Positions 59,294 through 64,000 of a stretch of 64,000 bases of DNA are shown here, in pieces; position 1 is the stretch's first letter; the number at the start of each line of letters is the position of its first letter. Under the pieces are notes generated by a model. It was not told the origin of the DNA. It ran no database searches and saw only the letters and a program-made list of their open reading frames with translations. The stretch is from a virus. The stretch covers positions 14,732 through 78,731 of IMG/VR virus record IMGVR_UViG_3300029923_000015. One strand, given 5' to 3'. A program made the translations under genes and the position numbers.

Positions 59294-59825
59294 GTTTTTG
59301 AATTTTTTTATCTTTCATAAATTCGTCATATAATAGCCATTCTTCAGATAATAGCCATTTAGCCATTCTCTTCATATAACCTAGTGAATTTCCTCTTTTT
59401 CTTGTTTCTACTTCGAATTTTAGGCAATCCATCATGTGGTCATGTTTGGTTTTGTTTTTTCCTACTATTTTATCATAATACTTCCTACATCGAGATATAT
59501 CTCCTCGTAAGTAATCCTTTAGTCCATCATTTCTCAGCACTGATGCTGGATATGCTTCAAAGAATTCAGTAAAATAATCTTTAACTTTAATTTTTGTTTT
59601 AAAGTCTTCGGTTATGACTAGTTTTGAAAAATCTTTTTCATCAAAAGTTGATTCTTTTGTTAATATATCCTTATCTATTAGGTTGTTGATGTCATCTTCT
59701 TCTAATGGAATTACGTCCAGTAGAGGTCTTATTGGTGTTTTATTCATCAGCAAACTAATCAATATAATCTGATTTACTGTAATCCCGAGACGCTTAGCCT
59801 CTTCCAAATCTAGTTCTATCAGCAT
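59259..59825 (-). CDS. Putative replication initiator / helicase-loader-like protein
   Basis: FTEFFEAYP and KWLLSEEW motifs as in phage replication proteins; overlaps the dnaB start. Confidence 0.5.
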   Translation of the reverse strand: MLIELDLEEAKRLGITVNQIILISLLMNKTPIRPLLDVIPLEEDDINNLIDKDILTKESTFDEKDFSKLVITEDFKTKIKVKDYFTEFFEAYPASVLRNDGLKDYLRGDISRCRKYYDKIVGKNKTKHDHMMDCLKFEVETRKRGNSLGYMKRMAKWLLSEEWLLYDEFMKDKKIQKHAGEVYGTAIE

Positions 59826-59877
59826 TTTTAATTTACTTTTAAGTTAAATCTTATGTGATAAAGTTTGATAGGATCTG

Positions 59878-60363
59878 TTATTTCATTTCAGAATAATCAT
59901 CTAATGTGATTTCTGGCCTTAGTAGAACATTTACGAACGCTTGCTCCATTTCTGGTGATATCTTTCCGTTGTGCTCTTTCATGTATTTATCGATTGCGAT
60001 AATATGATCTTTTGTTAAATCGCTAACTCTTCGGTTTAATGGTTCATCTAAAAGATTCATGTCTTTGTCGTAGAGCGAAGTCCAATACAAACATTCTTCT
60101 GGTGGAAGTCCCTGTGACATTAAAATGTCTGGCTCTTCTGCATGCCATATTACAATGTCATTTGGCACTATTTGCATGTTTATAAGGACTTGGCCGATTC
60201 TCATATCTGGATTTTCTTTCCAGTATTCTGGAACAGTTGGTTTTATTGCGTATGCAATTTTTTTATCGTAATAAATTTCTTTATCCAATTTCCATCTGTT
60301 ATATAATAGGTCATTCCAATCTACTTTTTTTAAAAAATCATCTATTCTTTCAATTGGTCTCAT
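59878..60363 (-). CDS. Hypothetical protein
   Basis: 161 aa. The MRPIERID...WKENPDMRIGQVL motif is common in small phage proteins. Confidence 0.7.
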   Translation of the reverse strand: MRPIERIDDFLKKVDWNDLLYNRWKLDKEIYYDKKIAYAIKPTVPEYWKENPDMRIGQVLINMQIVPNDIVIWHAEEPDILMSQGLPPEECLYWTSLYDKDMNLLDEPLNRRVSDLTKDHIIAIDKYMKEHNGKISPEMEQAFVNVLLRPEITLDDYSEMK

Positions 60364-60385
60364 TTTGTTTGTTTTTTAATGTGAT

Positions 60386-60583
60386 GACAGATAATTTGGA
60401 GTTACAAACTTGTAGGCGTTTCGTGGACGCCTCGTTGTCTGATTTTACGCTTGACTGTCCAGTTAATCACAATACTTTGATTACGAGTCTCTGTATTATA
60501 GTCGTATACTGTAACGCAACACCAGTCTTTAGACCCTTATGAAGCTAACGAACTCTATTTGCCCTTTTTTTAAATTATCTGTC
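60386..60583 (-). ncRNA. Candidate ~200-nt structured RNA
   Basis: A perfect 12-bp closing stem GACAGATAATTT/AAATTATCTGTC encloses several hairpins. The strand is assumed from the flanking genes. Confidence 0.45.
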
Positions 60584-60586
60584 TTT

Positions 60587-60650
60587 TGTTAAAGCTTGGG
60601 AATTGGACCCAATTACACTTCTTCTAGTGCATTTACCATTACTTCTTTGT
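60587..60650 (-). ncRNA. Degenerate tRNA-like element
   Basis: On the - strand: AATGGTAA D-loop-like segment, GCACT-AGAAGA-AGTGT arm, TTGGG-TCCAATT-CCCAA T-arm, then ...AACAA. The acceptor stem is weak. Confidence 0.4.
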
Positions 60651-60655
60651 TAGTG

Positions 60656-61114
60656 TTATGCTGCGTCATTAATTTCTTCAGCGTTAAATTTTAGCAGATA
60701 TTCCTCCAGTATAGTTATCTTCCCATTCAATTCAGTAATTTCATCGTTGATGAATTTTCTACTAAATACCACTTTTTCGGTATCTTCCTTTTTTGTTGGG
60801 ATCATTGCCAATTTTGTTGCTCGTTCTTTAATTTGTTGTAATAAAAAGATCGAATAGAACGCGCTATCTTTAGAGATAAGACTTAGGTCCTTAATTCCAA
60901 AATTAATTGCCTGTAGTTTGATCTTCGTTTCGATCAACTTGGCTTCGTCTTTTTTAATTTGAGCATATACAGCTGTTAAATTGTATAGAGGCATCATCTC
61001 TGTTGGTAATACATTGTTTTTAATAATAAGATTCCAAGAGGTTTTGATCTGTGCGATAAGTACTTCGCGTTTTGCGATCAGTTTTGTAGGTGTAATTTTA
61101 GTAGGTGCTGTCAT
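60656..61114 (-). CDS. Hypothetical coiled-coil protein
   Basis: 152-aa ORF with ATCAAA-ATG start context. Confidence 0.7.
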   Translation of the reverse strand: MTAPTKITPTKLIAKREVLIAQIKTSWNLIIKNNVLPTEMMPLYNLTAVYAQIKKDEAKLIETKIKLQAINFGIKDLSLISKDSAFYSIFLLQQIKERATKLAMIPTKKEDTEKVVFSRKFINDEITELNGKITILEEYLLKFNAEEINDAA

Positions 61115-61206
61115 TTTGATAATTTTTTAGTTTTGATTATTACTAATAGTTAATTCTTTTTGACCTAAAGCAACCTCTCCGTGTTAAATAACAGATATCA
61201 CTCTGT

Positions 61207-61314
61207 TTATTCTTTTTTAAAAGGACAAAGCAGTTCCTCCCCGTTTAAGGTTTGGATCTGCGTTATTTTTTTTGTGTGTTTTCTAAGCCATAATGAATAT
61301 TGTTTTTTGTACAT
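61207..61314 (-). CDS. Possible 35-aa small ORF (MYKKQYSLWLRKHTKK...)
   Basis: Fills the gap between two - strand genes and is below the ORF-track size cutoff. Confidence 0.3.
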   Translation of the reverse strand: MYKKQYSLWLRKHTKKITQIQTLNGEELLCPFKKE

Positions 61315-61422
61315 TGTCTTCTCGCTTAGCGTAAATGATCCTCGGAGTTACCCAATCATATACAGTTCGAACGTCAGGGTTTAACCTCAATGAATTTCAA
61401 TATTTATTACTTAATTAAAAAA

Positions 61423-61944
61423 CTACCTTTTGCCAATTATGACAATTTTATTGTTTCTTTTGCCATTTAATAATGCGCAAACATTCTCATTTAGCTCTCG
61501 GATGCTAGGTTCCTTTCGGAATATAACTTCTCCTGGATAGAGCATTCGTTGTTTGGACTCAATTGTTACCTTTTGCCCAATCACTTTTGCCTCTTCTATT
61601 TGAGGGTCTTCGTCTATTATATGTGCTGTATAGAGTTTTGCAATAACTGTTGATCTATCATTGTTGTCAATTAATATATCAATAGAATTATCGCATGTAG
61701 TTGCTATGAAAGGGATTACTCCCTTAACATCCATAATTCCTTTTACAATTATCCCTACCACTTCTAAGAAGTCATAGTGGTCTTCTGAACTCCGTTTAAA
61801 GAGTCTTGCCAACCAAGATTTAACTGTTAAAGAAACCTCACCTTTCCCATTTATTGAAAAACGTTCAGATGGTTTGAGATAGACATTGACTAATTCAGCT
61901 AATCGCTGCAAATCAATATCATTTAAACTAGTCTTTTTATCCAT
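61423..61944 (-). CDS. Hypothetical protein
   Basis: 173-aa ORF. Confidence 0.65.
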   Translation of the reverse strand: MDKKTSLNDIDLQRLAELVNVYLKPSERFSINGKGEVSLTVKSWLARLFKRSSEDHYDFLEVVGIIVKGIMDVKGVIPFIATTCDNSIDILIDNNDRSTVIAKLYTAHIIDEDPQIEEAKVIGQKVTIESKQRMLYPGEVIFRKEPSIRELNENVCALLNGKRNNKIVIIGKR

Positions 61945-61979
61945 ATTGAATATGAATTAAGAGTTCTTGCGAACTCGGA

Positions 61980-62447
61980 TTAGTCCTCTTCTTCTTCGTA
62001 CAACGGAATAGCTGCGGTATTTGCCTTGTTAGCGGCAATTAGACAGTTAATCTGTTCTTCGATATCATCGCGAATAATTGTCAAGCGATTAATCTCGCTT
62101 TCATTTTCAGCGTTGCAAATTGAGATTGCCTCCTTATAGGAAGGGAAATATGTGTCGGGCTCTTTTTCGAGATCGAATTTACCGGCGTCTTCTGCGAATT
62201 TGTAATTACCAGGGAATAAGACTTTGTTGTCTCCTCCGTTCACTACGTAAATTTCCGATCCACCAGGTCCGTGTGTCAATTTCACTTCGTTTACTACGAG
62301 TGCTTTTGGCATGCAGATAAGTGCAAGTTTTTCGATACGTAATTCTTTTTCTTTTGACTTGTGATTTACATCAACTGGTTTTGATGCTATTTTGAAAATT
62401 TCTGCGCCAGCAAAAAGCCGCTGACCTACTTTATTCTTTGTCTTCAT
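61980..62447 (-). CDS. Hypothetical protein
   Basis: 155-aa ORF with GGAGGTCAAA upstream of the ATG. Confidence 0.7.
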   Translation of the reverse strand: MKTKNKVGQRLFAGAEIFKIASKPVDVNHKSKEKELRIEKLALICMPKALVVNEVKLTHGPGGSEIYVVNGGDNKVLFPGNYKFAEDAGKFDLEKEPDTYFPSYKEAISICNAENESEINRLTIIRDDIEEQINCLIAANKANTAAIPLYEEEED

Positions 62448-62449
62448 TT

Positions 62450-64000
62450 TGACCTCCGTTTTTAATTGATTTAATTACTGTGTTTTGAAAATATTTTGCG
62501 TCTTACTGAGAGTTTAATCTGTTCCGACTAGAAAATTTGATGTAAAATGTAAAGAAATTTAATAATGATTGGTTACACTCCAATCCTAAATCCATTGCTC
62601 TCCTACTCGCAGGGCATGTAATCCTTATATCACTATATACTTTCTGTATCTGTCAGTCGCTAGACGATTTATTTACTATAAACCTCATAAGTAGTCTCTT
62701 ATGATCAATCTTATTACCTCAGCATTATCTGCCACTGCTCTAAGACGCTCCATTCCATTGTATATATGTATGCCCTAGTTTCATCGTTTTCTCGGGCTGG
62801 TTTTGAATAAAAGCGGTATTTGAATAATGGGCTTCTCCATCTATTCCAGTTATATTTACACAACAAGCCTATGGATGTTTATGTCACGATCTACCCTTGA
62901 GATTAGCCTCTTGAGTATAGTAAATACAATAGCCGATAATATTTGATAATTTAAAAAAACTATTCTTTAGCATTAAGAATAGAGAAGAACGTATGTAGAA
63001 AGATTTCGTAACGAACCTTGTATCAATTCCTATGGCAAATGAAGCCATGGTGTTCTGAAGTTCCATATTGTGTCAAGTCTTGAAACTTGAGTTACTATTG
63101 ATATAATTTGCAATGTTTTGTTTAAATCCTATTTAGTGACTACTTTATATATGTACATAAGCACGGGGCAAATAATCATATTCTTAATTATTTACTTTGT
63201 TTACAGTTTGGACCTGCGTGTTCTGTACCTTTCTCCATTAAAGGACTGATTCCAACTATGGGCGCCAGGTTTCTAAACTTCAGACTCTTGTATTGAAATG
63301 ACTTTCTTATCGTCTTGTACCGAATGATTGTTCATTTCCCTATTCTATTGGTTTTAAAGTGTTTGACCTTCCACTTGGTTTTGCATATCGAGCTCCTTTG
63401 CGCCCCTATTATTACTATTCATAAGACATATGATAGCAATAAGTATACCGGGTTCTAGCCGTATTGACATATGCTGTAAAAGCTTACTACTCTTTTACTG
63501 GTGATATAAACTTTGCCCATATATCATGGGTTTGAAGTTTTCCTGTCTGGCAGGTCGTACTCCTAACTAGCCATTCTTTTAGTTTTTCGCATGATTTGTT
63601 CTATAGCTTAATCTACTGCCCGAATCTCGCCGGGATGAAACTATATAGCGAGTTTCCAACTTCGGCTTTCGCCTTTCTGTTCGTTATCACACTTACAACG
63701 TGTGTTTCCTATCTACTAGTATAGGCGCAGACCACTTTCGATTAACCTTGAAAGCAACAACTAGGTTGGTTTTTATATTGTTTCATTCATTTTAAAACCA
63801 GTAATATAATGAGATGTTCGCTATCTAGGTCCATGGGCCTTTGGTTTTTTAATTGCCAAAAAGATAACTTCAACTATTGGATTTCCACCCCGCGCATTAC
63901 TAGCCGGTTTATGTATTCTATTAATAGTTGTTTTTGCATTTTCTCCTTTAATCTTCCATCTCTCATGGGCTGATCGCCATTATTATAGCGCGGGGAGTTA
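62450..64000. ncRNA. Candidate large structured non-coding RNA region (runs off the window end)
   Basis: No credible ORF in 1.55 kb. It has many hairpins and long-range 7-8 bp perfect helices, including crossing (pseudoknot) pairs. Confidence 0.55.

Noticed and set aside
62520-62700. Group I intron core (AGAGACTA on the - strand at ~62691-62699 and TAGTC at ~62526-62530)
   Set aside because: The S-element context does not fit, no gene is interrupted, and the motif lies in a simple hairpin loop.
50147-63066. Short + strand ORFs within the - module (e.g. 52896-53348, 60237-60542, 61181-61384) and ORF 62884-63066 (-)
   Set aside because: They are antisense to real genes or overlap structured intergenic elements, have non-ATG starts or atypical composition, and show no motifs.
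63940-64000. Twister-like ribozyme on the - strand (TAACTCC...GC...ATGG-CGATCAGC-CCAT)
   Set aside because: The P2 and pseudoknot partners do not match the consensus, the GC-rich segment has a better partner at 63888-63895, and the element is cut by the window edge.
1-64000. CRISPR array, integrase/transposase, inteins or self-splicing introns in portal/MCP/RNAP
   Set aside because: I saw no regularly spaced direct repeats, recombinase motifs, intein C-terminal HN-C/S/T junctions or interrupted core ORFs.

Overview
The window is a 64-kb piece of a crAss-like (Crassvirales) Bacteroidota phage genome that reads in the standard genetic code. The + strand (15-50018) is the late/virion module, in this order: portal, major capsid protein, a five-gene accessory cassette, head/ring proteins, tail-fibre genes, lysis genes, an IHF-like protein, tail tube, a split tail stabilisation (muzzle) protein, cargo proteins, a 4566-aa virion RNA polymerase (DFDID motif) and a 1869-aa cargo protein. 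A bidirectional hairpin at ~50065-50105 separates it from a convergent - strand module: PD-(D/E)XK nuclease, a vWA + MoxR AAA+ pair, primase, SSB-like protein, Sak4-like ATPase, DnaB, an initiator-like protein and small ORFs. Four things stand out. (1) There are tRNA-shaped intergenic elements that lack a canonical anticodon loop; the clearest is a 74-nt cloverleaf at 54972-55045 (- strand). (2) An ORF-free stretch of >=1.5 kb (62450-64000) and a ~200-nt element (60386-60583) have many long-range and crossing helices, suggesting large structured ncRNAs. (3) Two tail-fibre genes carry a circularly permuted FISUMP domain. (4) A DUF1566-like domain is inserted into a split muzzle gene. All family assignments come from motif recognition and crAss-like synteny, not from database searches.
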